64,000 bases of DNA from Candidatus Tepidifontimicrobium thermophilum (GTDB lineage Bacteria > Sysuimicrobiota > Sysuimicrobiia > Sysuimicrobiales > Sysuimicrobiaceae): positions 32,001 to 96,000 of the forward strand of contig JAVKHO010000010.1 in NCBI GenBank assembly GCA_031459915.1. The letters run 5' to 3'. Every line of letters begins with the position of its first letter. Within the stretch, counting starts at the first letter, position 1. Positions 38,633 to 47,555 of this stretch are shown here, in pieces. The translations under genes and the position numbers were made by a program. Below the pieces are notes generated by a model. It made no database searches. It was not told the origin of the DNA and saw only the letters and a program-made list of their open reading frames with translations.

Positions 38633-39409
38633 CTACCGTCCGCGGAACGTGGGCTTCCGCTTCTCCAGAAAGGCCCGGACTCCCTCCTGCCGGTCCTCGG
38701 TGCCGAAGGCGAGCGCGGACAGCTTGCGCTCGTAGTCCAGCCCCACGTCCAGGGGGGTGTCCATGGACCGCAGCACCGCCTCCTTGGCCAGCCGCGCCGC
38801 CACGGGGGCTTTCTGCGCGATCTCCCGGGCCAGGGTCAGGGCGTCCTGCAGGTAGGTCTCCGCCGGGGCCACGCGGTTCACCACGCCCCAAGTGTACGCC
38901 TCCTGCGCGGTGAGCTGACGTCCCGTCAGGATCAGCTCCATGGCGCGGTGCTTGCCTATCAGGCGCGGCAGTCGTTGAGTCCCCCCGGCACCCGGGATGA
39001 TGCCCAGGTGGATCTCCGGCTGTCCGAAGCGCGCCGTCTCTGACGCCACCACCAGGTCGCACAGCATCGCTAGCTCCCACCCGCCGCCCAGGCAGTACCC
39101 GCTCACCGCGGCTACCAGGGGTTTGGGGAACCGGCGGATGCGGTCCCACGCGCCGGGCCGGTGGCCGGCGATCATGCTGACCGCGGACTGGCCCACGAAC
39201 TCCTGGATGTCCGCGCCCGCGGCGAAGGCCCGGTCGTCGCCGGTGAGCACTACCACCCGGCAGTCGGGGTCGGCCTCGAAAGCGTCCAGGGCCCTGGTGA
39301 GCTCGTCCAGCAAACGGGCGCTGAGGGCGTTCCGCACGTGCGGCCGGTTCAGGCGGACTAGGCCCACGTGCGGTTCAGGGGTTTCCACCAAGATGTCCTG
39401 GTAGGTCAT
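38633..39409 (-). CDS. paaF: Enoyl-CoA hydratase (2,3-dehydroadipyl-CoA hydratase PaaF-like)
   Basis: AFAAGADI, CLGGGWEL, QPEIHLGIIPGAGGTQRL. Confidence 0.75.
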   Translation of the reverse strand: MTYQDILVETPEPHVGLVRLNRPHVRNALSARLLDELTRALDAFEADPDCRVVVLTGDDRAFAAGADIQEFVGQSAVSMIAGHRPGAWDRIRRFPKPLVAAVSGYCLGGGWELAMLCDLVVASETARFGQPEIHLGIIPGAGGTQRLPRLIGKHRAMELILTGRQLTAQEAYTWGVVNRVAPAETYLQDALTLAREIAQKAPVAARLAKEAVLRSMDTPLDVGLDYERKLSALAFGTEDRQEGVRAFLEKRKPTFRGR

Positions 39410-39512
39410 AGCGCCCCTCCTGCGCTGGGATAGTCGGCGTGCCGTTGTTGCCGGGCGCTCCCTCGCGGGGCCCGTCACCTCGCGCGGGGCCGCGGGTGGA
39501 GGCCTGCCGGCG

Positions 39513-41117
39513 TCACGGGGCGCCCACCGGCTGGGCGCGCAGGGCTTCCCGCAGCCGGTACCGCTGCAGCTTGCCCGTGGTGGTCCTCGGCAGCTCCGTG
39601 GCGAAGTGCACCCACCGGGGGCACTTGTAGGAGGGCAGCTGCTGGCGCACGAAGTTCTTCAGTTCCTCCTCCAGGCCCGGGCCGGGCTGGTAGCCCTCCC
39701 GCAGGACCACGAAGGCCGCGGGCTTTTCCAGGCCCGCTTCGTCGAAAGCTCCCACCACCGCGGCCTCGCGCACCGCGGGGTGCTGCAGCAGGACCCCTTC
39801 CACCTCGAGGGGGGAGACCCACAGGCCCGAGGGCTTCAGCAGGTCGTCCGCACGCCCCACGTACCAGTAGAAGCCGTCCTCGTCCTGGTAGAAGAGGTCG
39901 CCGGTGTTGAACCACTCGCCCGCCAGGCACGCCTGCGTGCGGTGGTGGTCGTTCCAGTAGCCCGCGAAGATCCCGTCGTTCTTCACCCACAGGACGCCGA
40001 CCTCACCCGCCCTTACGGGCCGGCCCTCCTCGCCCACCAGCCGGGCTTCGAACCCCTCCAGGATCTTCCCGCTGGAGCCTGGGCGCAGGCAGTCGGGCCG
40101 GTTCGAGAGGTAGATGGCTCCGACCTCCGTGGATCCCACGCCGTCGAAGATCGCCAGCCCGAACCGCTCCCGCCACCGTTCGAACACCGCCCGGGGCAGC
40201 GCCTCGCCGGCGGAGATGCAGCAGCGCAGGAACGAGAGCCGTACCGACCGGCCCGTGCGGTGCAGGTAGTCCAGCAGAGCGGCGTAGAAGGTCGGCACGC
40301 TGTAGAAGACCGTGGGCCGGTGCTCCTCCAGGAGGTCCAGAACGGCGCCCGGCTCGGGGCGGTCCGGGGACAGGATCACCTGTGCGCCGTACAGGAACGG
40401 GCCGTCCAGGGAGTTGTTGCGGCCGTAGGAGAAGAACAGCTTGGAGGTGGAGAACACCTTGTCCTGCGGTCCCAGGCCCACCACCTGCTGGCAGTGAGGC
40501 GGGATGAAGTGCAGCAGGTCGTGGTGCAGGTGCACCACCGCCTTCGGCCGGCCCGTGGTCCCCGAGCTGTACATCCAGAAGGCCATGTCGTCGGGGCTGG
40601 TGGGTGCCGGCTCAGGCACCCGGGCCGGCGGTGCCAGAAGGTCCTCGTACGCGGCCGCCCCCTCCAGGCGGGGCGCGGGGAAGTGCCGGTCCAGGGGCTC
40701 GTCGGAATCGGGCTGCACCACCACCAGGTGGCGCAGCCACATCAGCCGGTCCGCGACCTCCCGGATGCGGGGCAGGACGGTGCCGTGGACCACCAGGACC
40801 TTGGCCCGGCTGTGGTTGAGGTAGTAGACGTAGTCGTCCGGCCGGGCGTACGTGTTCACCAGCACGGGTACTGCGCCCACCCGCAGGGTGCCGAAGTAGG
40901 TGGCGAGGAACGCGGGGCAGTCAGCTAGACACACCACGACCCGGTTCTCCGGCTCCACCCCAAGCCGGGTCAGGGCGGCGGCCACCGAGTGCGCCTGTCT
41001 TTGGAGATCCGCGTACGTGACCGCAGAATCACCGTAGTGTACCGCCACCCGGTCCCCGCGTCCCTCGTCCACGTGGCGGTCCAGCAGGTGGGTCGCCAGG
41101 TTGAAGCTTCCGTCCAC
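39513..41117 (-). CDS. Benzoate-CoA ligase family protein
   Basis: DDMAFWMYSSGTTGRPK, SKLFFSYG, SAGEALP, DGVGSTE, GLWVSP, TGKLQR; likely start GTG 41117 (upstream TTG lies in the operator). Confidence 0.88.
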   Translation of the reverse strand: MDGSFNLATHLLDRHVDEGRGDRVAVHYGDSAVTYADLQRQAHSVAAALTRLGVEPENRVVVCLADCPAFLATYFGTLRVGAVPVLVNTYARPDDYVYYLNHSRAKVLVVHGTVLPRIREVADRLMWLRHLVVVQPDSDEPLDRHFPAPRLEGAAAYEDLLAPPARVPEPAPTSPDDMAFWMYSSGTTGRPKAVVHLHHDLLHFIPPHCQQVVGLGPQDKVFSTSKLFFSYGRNNSLDGPFLYGAQVILSPDRPEPGAVLDLLEEHRPTVFYSVPTFYAALLDYLHRTGRSVRLSFLRCCISAGEALPRAVFERWRERFGLAIFDGVGSTEVGAIYLSNRPDCLRPGSSGKILEGFEARLVGEEGRPVRAGEVGVLWVKNDGIFAGYWNDHHRTQACLAGEWFNTGDLFYQDEDGFYWYVGRADDLLKPSGLWVSPLEVEGVLLQHPAVREAAVVGAFDEAGLEKPAAFVVLREGYQPGPGLEEELKNFVRQQLPSYKCPRWVHFATELPRTTTGKLQRYRLREALRAQPVGAP

Positions 41118-41137
41118 CGCCCCTATGGCACAGTCCG

Positions 41138-41256
41138 TTGACCGGCCAGTCAATGCGCCGGCTGCACCGCAAGATCTCCTGCAGGTGGCTCAGACGGCTT
41201 GCGCCTGTCTTGACCGGTCGGTTAATATGCTCTTGCGGGTTTGACCGACCGGTTAA
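41138..41256. promoter_or_regulatory. Three copies of 16-bp operator in the divergent ligase/epoxidase promoter region
   Basis: TTGACCGGCCAGTCAA (41138), TTGACCGGTCGGTTAA (41210), TTGACCGACCGGTTAA (41241); each is one mismatch from TTGACCG-NN-CGGTCAA. Confidence 0.8.
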
Positions 41257-41270
41257 ATCGGAGGTGGGGG

Positions 41271-42203
41271 ATGGCGGCAGCCACTGATTCGGCCCTGCTG
41301 CAGCGCATCCAGGAAGGCCGGCTGGTGGAGGGTCCCGAGCACGCCACGGAGCGCTACCTGGAGGGCCTCAAGCGTACCCTGGTGGTCTCCGCGGACACCG
41401 AGCTCATCAGCGCTCCCGCGTACCTGCGGGCCGCCCGGCATGCGCCCTCCCTGAACGCGTACGTGTCAGCCCTGGGGATCATCCAGGACGAGCTGGGCCA
41501 CGCCCACATCGCCTACCGCCTCCTGGAGGACCTGGGGGTGGATACCGAGGCCCTCGTGTACGAACGCGACCCCAAGGACTTCAAGTACCCCTACGCCTTC
41601 GACGTGCCCTTAGACACCTGGACGGAGCTGGTGGTGGCGAACGCTTTTTACGACCGCGCGGGCTTCGTGCTGCTGGGGGACATCTTCCGCCACACCAGCT
41701 ACGGGCCGTGGAAGCGGGCCCTGGTGAAGGTGGACCGGGAGGAGAACTTCCACCTGCGCCACGGGGAGCGGTGGATGGAGATCCTGGCCTCCGACCCGTC
41801 CACGAAGGCGGAGCTGCAGCGGGCGGTGGACTGGATGTTCGTCATGACGTTGGAGTGGTTCGGGTTGCCGGACCACCTGAAGCGGCACACGGAGCAGATC
41901 GAGTACGGCCTGAAGGGCTCCACCAACGACCAGCTCCGTCAGCAGTGGATGTCGACCGCGGTCCCCCTGTGTGAGCGGCTGGGTCTGAGAGTCCCCGCCC
42001 ACTACGACCCCGACCGCGGGGAGTACGTGATCGACTGCCCGTTCCCAGCGGAGTTCGACGAACAGTCCAAGCGGTGGCGCTTCGAGGACGGCCCGGTGTC
42101 CTGGGACGCGGTGCTGGCGCGCTGGCGGCGCCGCGGCCCGGCCAACGGGGAGTTCGTGGAGCAGCTACAGCGGGGCTGGCGCCAGCTGCGGGCTGTGGCG
42201 TAG
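41271..42203 (+). CDS. PaaA-like catalytic di-iron subunit of an aryl-CoA epoxidase
   Basis: Full ligand set ADTE...QDELGH...YD...EENFH; SYGPW; GGAGG RBS. Confidence 0.85.
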   Translation: MAAATDSALLQRIQEGRLVEGPEHATERYLEGLKRTLVVSADTELISAPAYLRAARHAPSLNAYVSALGIIQDELGHAHIAYRLLEDLGVDTEALVYERDPKDFKYPYAFDVPLDTWTELVVANAFYDRAGFVLLGDIFRHTSYGPWKRALVKVDREENFHLRHGERWMEILASDPSTKAELQRAVDWMFVMTLEWFGLPDHLKRHTEQIEYGLKGSTNDQLRQQWMSTAVPLCERLGLRVPAHYDPDRGEYVIDCPFPAEFDEQSKRWRFEDGPVSWDAVLARWRRRGPANGEFVEQLQRGWRQLRAVA

Positions 42204-42222
42204 AGCCCAGCGGGGGTGTGGG

Positions 42223-42528
42223 GTGCCCACGGCAGAGCAGGTCCGCCAGGTCCTCCGCAGCGTCCTGGACCCGGAGTACCCGGTGAGCGTGGTGGACCTG
42301 GGCCTCGTCCGCGGGGTGGAGGTGCAGGGCGGCGTGGTGCGGGTCCGCCTGACCTTCACGTCCCTGGGCTGCCCCTGCGTGGAGCTGATCCAGGAGGACG
42401 TTCGCCGCGCGGTGCTGCAGCTGGACGGGGTGGAGGACGTGGTGGTGGAGCAGGTGTTCGAGCCATGGTCCCGACAGCACATCTCCCCGGAGGGGCTGCG
42501 GCGGCTTCGGGAAGTGGGGGTGGTGTAG
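42223..42528 (+). CDS. DUF59/PaaD N-terminal metal-sulfur assembly domain protein
   Basis: VLDPEYPVSVVDLGLV, LTFTSLGCP. Confidence 0.85.
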   Translation: MPTAEQVRQVLRSVLDPEYPVSVVDLGLVRGVEVQGGVVRVRLTFTSLGCPCVELIQEDVRRAVLQLDGVEDVVVEQVFEPWSRQHISPEGLRRLREVGVV

Positions 42529-42725
42529 TGGCGGACGCACCCGTCGCGGTGTACGAGGTGTTCGCGCGCCACGGGAACGAGCCGGTCCGGCACGTGGGCA
42601 GCGTGCGGGCCACCAGCCCGCAGGAGGCCGGCGTGTTCGCGTACACCCTGTACGACGAGCGGGGCTGGTCGGAGCTGTTCGTGGTCAGGCGGGACCGCTT
42701 GGTGCGGGTGGTGGAGCCGCGGTGA
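42528..42725 (+). CDS. PaaB-like small subunit
   Basis: YEVFAR...RHVGSVRA...AYTLY; GTG overlaps the previous TAG. Confidence 0.75.
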   Translation: MADAPVAVYEVFARHGNEPVRHVGSVRATSPQEAGVFAYTLYDERGWSELFVVRRDRLVRVVEPR

Positions 42726-42937
42726 GCCGCTACTGGGTATTCGGCCGCAGGCGCTACGCGGATCCCCTGGAGCAGCAAGGGGTGTTGGAAGCGCCGGACG
42801 AGGACTCGGCCCGGCAGGAAGCCCACAGCCGGTTCCCCGGGGAGTGGGTGGAGCTGGTGCTGGTCCCCGAGAGCGAAGTGCACTGGGTGCTGGGCCCCAC
42901 AAGGGAGGCGCAGGGTGTCGCAGGACAGGTGGACTGA
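42722..42937 (+). CDS. Second, divergent PaaB-like small protein
   Basis: YWVFGRR...PLEQQGVLEAPDEDSA...WVELVLVP; same pattern as PaaB; GTGA coupling. Confidence 0.6.
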   Translation: MSRYWVFGRRRYADPLEQQGVLEAPDEDSARQEAHSRFPGEWVELVLVPESEVHWVLGPTREAQGVAGQVD

Positions 42938-43604
42938 GAGCGGGCCGGTGGCCGAAGCCCTGGGGACCTTTGTCGCCGCGGTGGCGGACGCCAAGTTCTT
43001 CCTCGGGCGGCGCGTGGCGGAGTGGTCCGTGGGCGCGCCGGAGCTCGAAAGCGCGGTGGCGTGCGCCGCGGTGGCGCAGGAGGAGTTAGGACACGCGCGC
43101 GTGCTGTACCCCCTGCTGGCAGACCTGCCGCTGCGGACTCCCCTGGCACCCCTGGAGCGGGAGGACGGTCGGGCGGTGGTGTTCTGTCCGGAGTTCCTCC
43201 GGCAGCCCTGGCGGAGCTGGCTGGAGGCGGTGGTGGGCCTGGCGCTGGTGGACACCGCCCTCACCGTGGCGCTGCAGGCCGCAACTTCCTCCGCGCACGA
43301 GGAGCTGGCCCGCAGGGCCTGCCGCATCGTGGAGGAGGAGCGCTTCCACACGGTGTTCGCGTGGGGTCGGGTCCGGGCGCTGGTCTCGCGGCTTCCCGCG
43401 GACGCCGGGGAGTCGTTGATCGCCACGCGGCTCGCTCAGGTGCTGCGGTGGCTTTCGGACGCCACCGCGGGGCTGGGAGTGCTGCGGGCGGCAGGCGTGG
43501 TGGACGCGACAGGTGACGCGGTGCGGGAACGGTACCTCACGCAGGTCCGCGCGCAGCTGGAGGGGTTGGAGGTCCAAATTCCCGAGCCGGTGGCGGCGGG
43601 TTAG
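42915..43604 (+). CDS. PaaC-like structural ferritin-like subunit
   Basis: LGRRVAEW..GAPELE, AQEELGHAR, EEERFH; first Fe ligand replaced (ADAK). Confidence 0.8.
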   Translation: MSQDRWTESGPVAEALGTFVAAVADAKFFLGRRVAEWSVGAPELESAVACAAVAQEELGHARVLYPLLADLPLRTPLAPLEREDGRAVVFCPEFLRQPWRSWLEAVVGLALVDTALTVALQAATSSAHEELARRACRIVEEERFHTVFAWGRVRALVSRLPADAGESLIATRLAQVLRWLSDATAGLGVLRAAGVVDATGDAVRERYLTQVRAQLEGLEVQIPEPVAAG

Positions 43605-43620
43605 GCGCACGGGGCGCGGC

Positions 43621-43815
43621 GTGGCGCAGCGGACGGACCAGCCGGCTTCGCCTGGGTCAGACGAAAGGCCCGGGGATCTGGGCGGGCAGGTCCGCTGCCC
43701 GTGGTGCGGCTCGGAGGAGGTGGAGCGGTTGGCGGAGTTCGGGCCCCAGCTGCTGACCCACGCGTACCGGTGCCGCCGGTGCCGCAGCCCGTTCGAGGTG
43801 ATCCGTCGGTCCTAG
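43621..43815 (+). CDS. Stand-alone PaaD C-terminal zinc-ribbon protein
   Basis: VRCPWCGS...FGP...YRCRRCRSPFE. Confidence 0.75.
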   Translation: MAQRTDQPASPGSDERPGDLGGQVRCPWCGSEEVERLAEFGPQLLTHAYRCRRCRSPFEVIRRS

Positions 43816-43842
43816 ACGCGAAGGTCCGCAGGAGGTGCTGCC

Positions 43843-45294
43843 ATGGGCAGGATGCTGGTGGCCGGGGAGTGGGTAGACAGCCAGTCCAGGGCCGAGATGC
43901 CAGTCACCAACCCCGCCACGGAAGAGGTGGTGGACACCGTCCCGCAGGCGACGCGGGAGGACGTGGATCGCGCGGTGGCCGCGGCCAAGGCGGCGTTTGC
44001 GGACTGGTCACGCACCGACCCCGAACAGCGCGCACATCTCCTCCGCAAAGGCGCAGAGCGCGTGCGGGCCTGTCAGGAAGAGGTGGCCGACCTGCTGACC
44101 CGCGAGCAGGGCAAGCCCACCCACGAGGCCCTGGCGGAGCTCAACCACCTGCTGCACGGTCTGGAGTACTACGCGGATCTCGCCAGCAAGCTGCGGGGTA
44201 GCTACGTACCGCTCCCGTCGCACCTGGGCAGCTCCTTCGGGCTGGTGGTCCGCCGCCCCCTGGGGGTGGTGGCGGCCATCGTGCCGTGGAACTACCCCCT
44301 CACCCTCATGGGCACCAAGATCGGGCCTGCCCTCATCGCGGGCAACACCGTGGTGGTCAAGCCTGCCAGCACCACGCCTCTCGCGGCCACCCGGGTGGTG
44401 GGCCTGCTTCAGGAGGCGGGCCTGCCTCCGGGCGTGCTGAATGTGGTCACGGGTCCCGGTCGGGTGGTCGGCGAGTACCTGGTGGCGCACCCCGACGTGG
44501 TCCGGGTGGCGTTTACCGGGGAGACGGCCACCGGCCGGCGCGTTATGGAGATCGCGGGCCCGGCCTTCAAGAGGGTCACCCTCGAGCTGGGCGGCTCGGA
44601 CCCGGTCATCGTGTGCTCGGACGCGGACCTGGACGCCGCGGTCCGGGGGGTGCTGGTGGGTCGGTACTGGAACTGCGGTCAGAGCTGTCTTGCGGCCAAG
44701 CGGGTGTACGTGTTCGAGGACGTGTACGACGCGTTCCTGGACAAGCTGCTGGAAGGGGTGAGCCGGTACGAGCCCGGGGAGGGCTGGGTGAAAGCGCAGC
44801 GGCCCAAGATCCGCCTCGGTCCGCTGCACACGGCCCGGCAGCGGGCGGAGGTCCTGGAGCAGATGCAGGACGCGCTGGCCCGAGGCGCGCGGGCGGTGGC
44901 GGGAGGCCGGATCCCGCAGGGCCGGGAGCGCGGCCACTTCCTGGAGCCCACGGTGCTGGTGGACGTGCCCCACGACTCCCGCGTGGTGCAGGAGGAGGTG
45001 TTCGGACCGGTGCTGCCGGTTTTCCGCGTCCGGGACATCGACGAGGCCATCCGGCTGGCCAACGACTCCCCGTACGGCCTGGGTTCCTCCATCTGGACCT
45101 TCAACGTGCGGTGGATCCACAAGGCCATCCACGAGCTGCAGGCGGGGATGACGTGGGTGAACCAGGTGCACTACGGCTACGACGAGCTTCCCTTCGGCGG
45201 GACCAAGCAGAGCGGGTTCGGAAAGGAACACGGGGTGGAGGCGGTGGACTACTACGTGGAGCTCAAGTCCGTGGTGGTGGGCGGCCTGCAGTAG
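43843..45294 (+). CDS. Aldehyde dehydrogenase (paralog 1)
   Basis: PWNYP, LELGG, NCGQSC, EEVFGP, PFGGTKQSG. Confidence 0.92.
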   Translation: MGRMLVAGEWVDSQSRAEMPVTNPATEEVVDTVPQATREDVDRAVAAAKAAFADWSRTDPEQRAHLLRKGAERVRACQEEVADLLTREQGKPTHEALAELNHLLHGLEYYADLASKLRGSYVPLPSHLGSSFGLVVRRPLGVVAAIVPWNYPLTLMGTKIGPALIAGNTVVVKPASTTPLAATRVVGLLQEAGLPPGVLNVVTGPGRVVGEYLVAHPDVVRVAFTGETATGRRVMEIAGPAFKRVTLELGGSDPVIVCSDADLDAAVRGVLVGRYWNCGQSCLAAKRVYVFEDVYDAFLDKLLEGVSRYEPGEGWVKAQRPKIRLGPLHTARQRAEVLEQMQDALARGARAVAGGRIPQGRERGHFLEPTVLVDVPHDSRVVQEEVFGPVLPVFRVRDIDEAIRLANDSPYGLGSSIWTFNVRWIHKAIHELQAGMTWVNQVHYGYDELPFGGTKQSGFGKEHGVEAVDYYVELKSVVVGGLQ

Positions 45295-45323
45295 CCGCGA
45301 CCCCGACCCTGAGGAGGGAGGCC

Positions 45324-46097
45324 ATGGCGGTGGAGTTCTCGCGGGAGGGCGGCCTGGGCTACGTCACCCTGAACCGGCCGCCCGCCAACAGCTACGACTT
45401 CGCGTTCATCGAGGAGCTGGACCGGGCAATCCAGCAGGCGGAGGCGGACCCGGAGGTCCGGGTGGTGGTGGTCCGCAGCGCCCTGGAGCGGTTCTTCTCC
45501 GCGGGCGCGGACGTGCGGGCCTTCTCGGAAAACCCGCCCGACCGCAACATGGAGCTGGTGCGCTACGCCCACCGGGTCCTGGGGCGCATCGCGCAGGTCC
45601 CCAAGGTGTTCATCGCGCAGATCGGCGGCCACGCCCTGGGCGGGGGGCTGGAGATCGCCCTGGCGTGCGACCTGCGGTTCGGCGCCCGGGGCGACTACCG
45701 GGTCGGGCTGCCGGAGGTGACTTTGGGCCTGCTGCCGGGCAACGGCGGCACGCAGCGGCTCCCGCGGCTTGTGGGCTGGAGCCGGGCTCTGGACCTGATG
45801 GTGACCGGCCGGACCCTGACCGCCGAGGAGGCTCACGCGTACGGGATCCTGGACCGGCTGGTCCCCGCAGAACGCCTGGCGGAGGAGACGGCTGAGTACG
45901 CCCGGAAGCTGGCCTCCGGGGCCGTGCGGGCCGTGGGCGCCATCAAGCTGGCGGTGCGGCTGGGAGTGGACCGGCCGCTGGAGGACGGACTGCGGCTGGA
46001 GCGGGAGCTGGTGGACGGGCTGTTCCGCAGCGAGGATGCCCAGGAGGGGATCCGGGCGTTTCTGGAAAAGCGCGCCCCGCTTTTCCGGGGTTTGTGA
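45324..46097 (+). CDS. Enoyl-CoA hydratase/crotonase (candidate epoxide/oxepin-processing hydrolase)
   Basis: FFSAGADV, ALGGGLEIALACD, LPEVTLGLLPGNGGTQRL. Confidence 0.88.
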   Translation: MAVEFSREGGLGYVTLNRPPANSYDFAFIEELDRAIQQAEADPEVRVVVVRSALERFFSAGADVRAFSENPPDRNMELVRYAHRVLGRIAQVPKVFIAQIGGHALGGGLEIALACDLRFGARGDYRVGLPEVTLGLLPGNGGTQRLPRLVGWSRALDLMVTGRTLTAEEAHAYGILDRLVPAERLAEETAEYARKLASGAVRAVGAIKLAVRLGVDRPLEDGLRLERELVDGLFRSEDAQEGIRAFLEKRAPLFRGL

Positions 46098-46110
46098 GGG
46101 GAGGACGGCC

Positions 46111-47550
46111 GTGGCGGAGATGTTCGTCGGCGGTGAGTTCATCCGCACCGGACGGGAGCGGTTTCCCGTGGTCAACCCCGCCACGGAAGAGGTGCTGGAC
46201 ACCGTCCCGCTGGCAGGCCCCGAGGAGGTGGACCTGGCGGTCCGCAGCGCCCACCAGGCCTTCCAGAGCTGGTCCGCTGTGCCCGCGGCACGCCGGGGTG
46301 ACCTGCTGCTCCGGGCTGCCCACCACGTGCACGACCACCTGGAGGAGCTGGCCCGTACCCTCACCCTGGAGCAGGGCAAGCCGCTGCGGGAGGCCCGGCT
46401 GGAGATCCGCCGGTTCGTGGAGACCCTGGTGCACTACGCGGGGCTGGGCCGCAACCTGAGGGGCGGGTACGTCCCGAATTTGGACGAGGGAGCGTACGGG
46501 TTGGTGCTCAAGCGCCCCCTGGGGGTGGTGGCGGCCATCGTCCCGTGGAACTTCCCCACCACCCTGCTGGGCAACAAGCTCGGGCCGGCGCTGGTGGCGG
46601 GCAACACGGTGGTCGCCAAGCCCGCGGAGACCACGCCGCTTGCCACCCTGCGGATCGCGCAGCTGCTGCACGAGGCGGGCCTGCCTGCGGGCGTGTTCAA
46701 CGTGGTGACCGGCACCGGCCCGGAGGCGGGTGAGGCCCTGGTCCGCCACCCCCTGGTACGGAAGGTGGCGTTTACCGGCTCCACCCAGGTGGGCAAGCGC
46801 ATCATGGCCCTGGCGGCGGAGGGGGTCAAGCGGGTGACCCTGGAGCTGGGCGGGTCCGACCCCATGATCGTGTGCGACGACGCGGACCTGGACGAGGCGG
46901 CCAGCGCGGCCAGCGTGGGCCGGTTCTTCAACTGCGGGCAGGCGTGCGTGGCCGTGAAGCGCCTGTTTGTCTTCGAGTCCGTGGCCGAACCGTTCGTGGA
47001 GAAACTGCTGGGGAAGGTGCGGCGGCTGCGGGTGGGCCCTGGCCTGGAAGACGGCGTGCACATGGGGCCCCTGCACACCCAGCGTCAGAGGGAGCGCATC
47101 GAGGAACAGGTGCAGGACGCCCTGGACCGGGGCGCCCGGTTGCTCGTAGGCGGCCGGAGGCCGGAGGACCCGCGGCTGCAGAAGGGCTTCTTCTACGAGC
47201 CCACCGTCCTCCTGGACCCCGACCCCCAGTCCCGGGTGGCCCAGGAGGAGGTGTTCGGACCCGTGCTGCCCGTCTGGCGCGTGGCCGACCTGGAGGAAGC
47301 CATCCAGCGCGCCAACAGCTCCCCCTACGGCCTGGGTTCGTCCATCTGGACCCGCAGCCTGGAGCGGGCGTCCGTGGCCGCGGAGCGGCTGGAGGCCGGC
47401 TACACCTGGGTGAACTCCGTCAACCGGATCTACGACGAGCTGCCCTTCGGCGGGACCAAACAGAGCGGCTTCGGGAAGGAACACGGGCTGGAAGCGCTAG
47501 ACTATTACATGGAAACCAAGTCCGTGGTGGTACGGGCGCTCGGGGGGTAA
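46111..47550 (+). CDS. Aldehyde dehydrogenase (paralog 2)
   Basis: PWNFP, FTGST, LELGG, NCGQAC, EEVFGP. Confidence 0.92.
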   Translation: MAEMFVGGEFIRTGRERFPVVNPATEEVLDTVPLAGPEEVDLAVRSAHQAFQSWSAVPAARRGDLLLRAAHHVHDHLEELARTLTLEQGKPLREARLEIRRFVETLVHYAGLGRNLRGGYVPNLDEGAYGLVLKRPLGVVAAIVPWNFPTTLLGNKLGPALVAGNTVVAKPAETTPLATLRIAQLLHEAGLPAGVFNVVTGTGPEAGEALVRHPLVRKVAFTGSTQVGKRIMALAAEGVKRVTLELGGSDPMIVCDDADLDEAASAASVGRFFNCGQACVAVKRLFVFESVAEPFVEKLLGKVRRLRVGPGLEDGVHMGPLHTQRQRERIEEQVQDALDRGARLLVGGRRPEDPRLQKGFFYEPTVLLDPDPQSRVAQEEVFGPVLPVWRVADLEEAIQRANSSPYGLGSSIWTRSLERASVAAERLEAGYTWVNSVNRIYDELPFGGTKQSGFGKEHGLEALDYYMETKSVVVRALGG

Positions 47551-47555
47551 CCGGG

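Noticed and set aside
41138..41256. FNR/CRP box interpretation of the TTGAC..GTCAA sites
   Set aside because: Spacing is TTGAC-N6-GTCAA with conserved inner CG/CG, not TTGAT-N4-ATCAA, and the positions overlap promoters like repressor sites
41271..43815. Standard phenylacetate (paa) pathway call
   Set aside because: No paaK, paaG, paaZ, paaE or paaX in the window, and the flanking ligases are benzoate-type; gene symbols withheld
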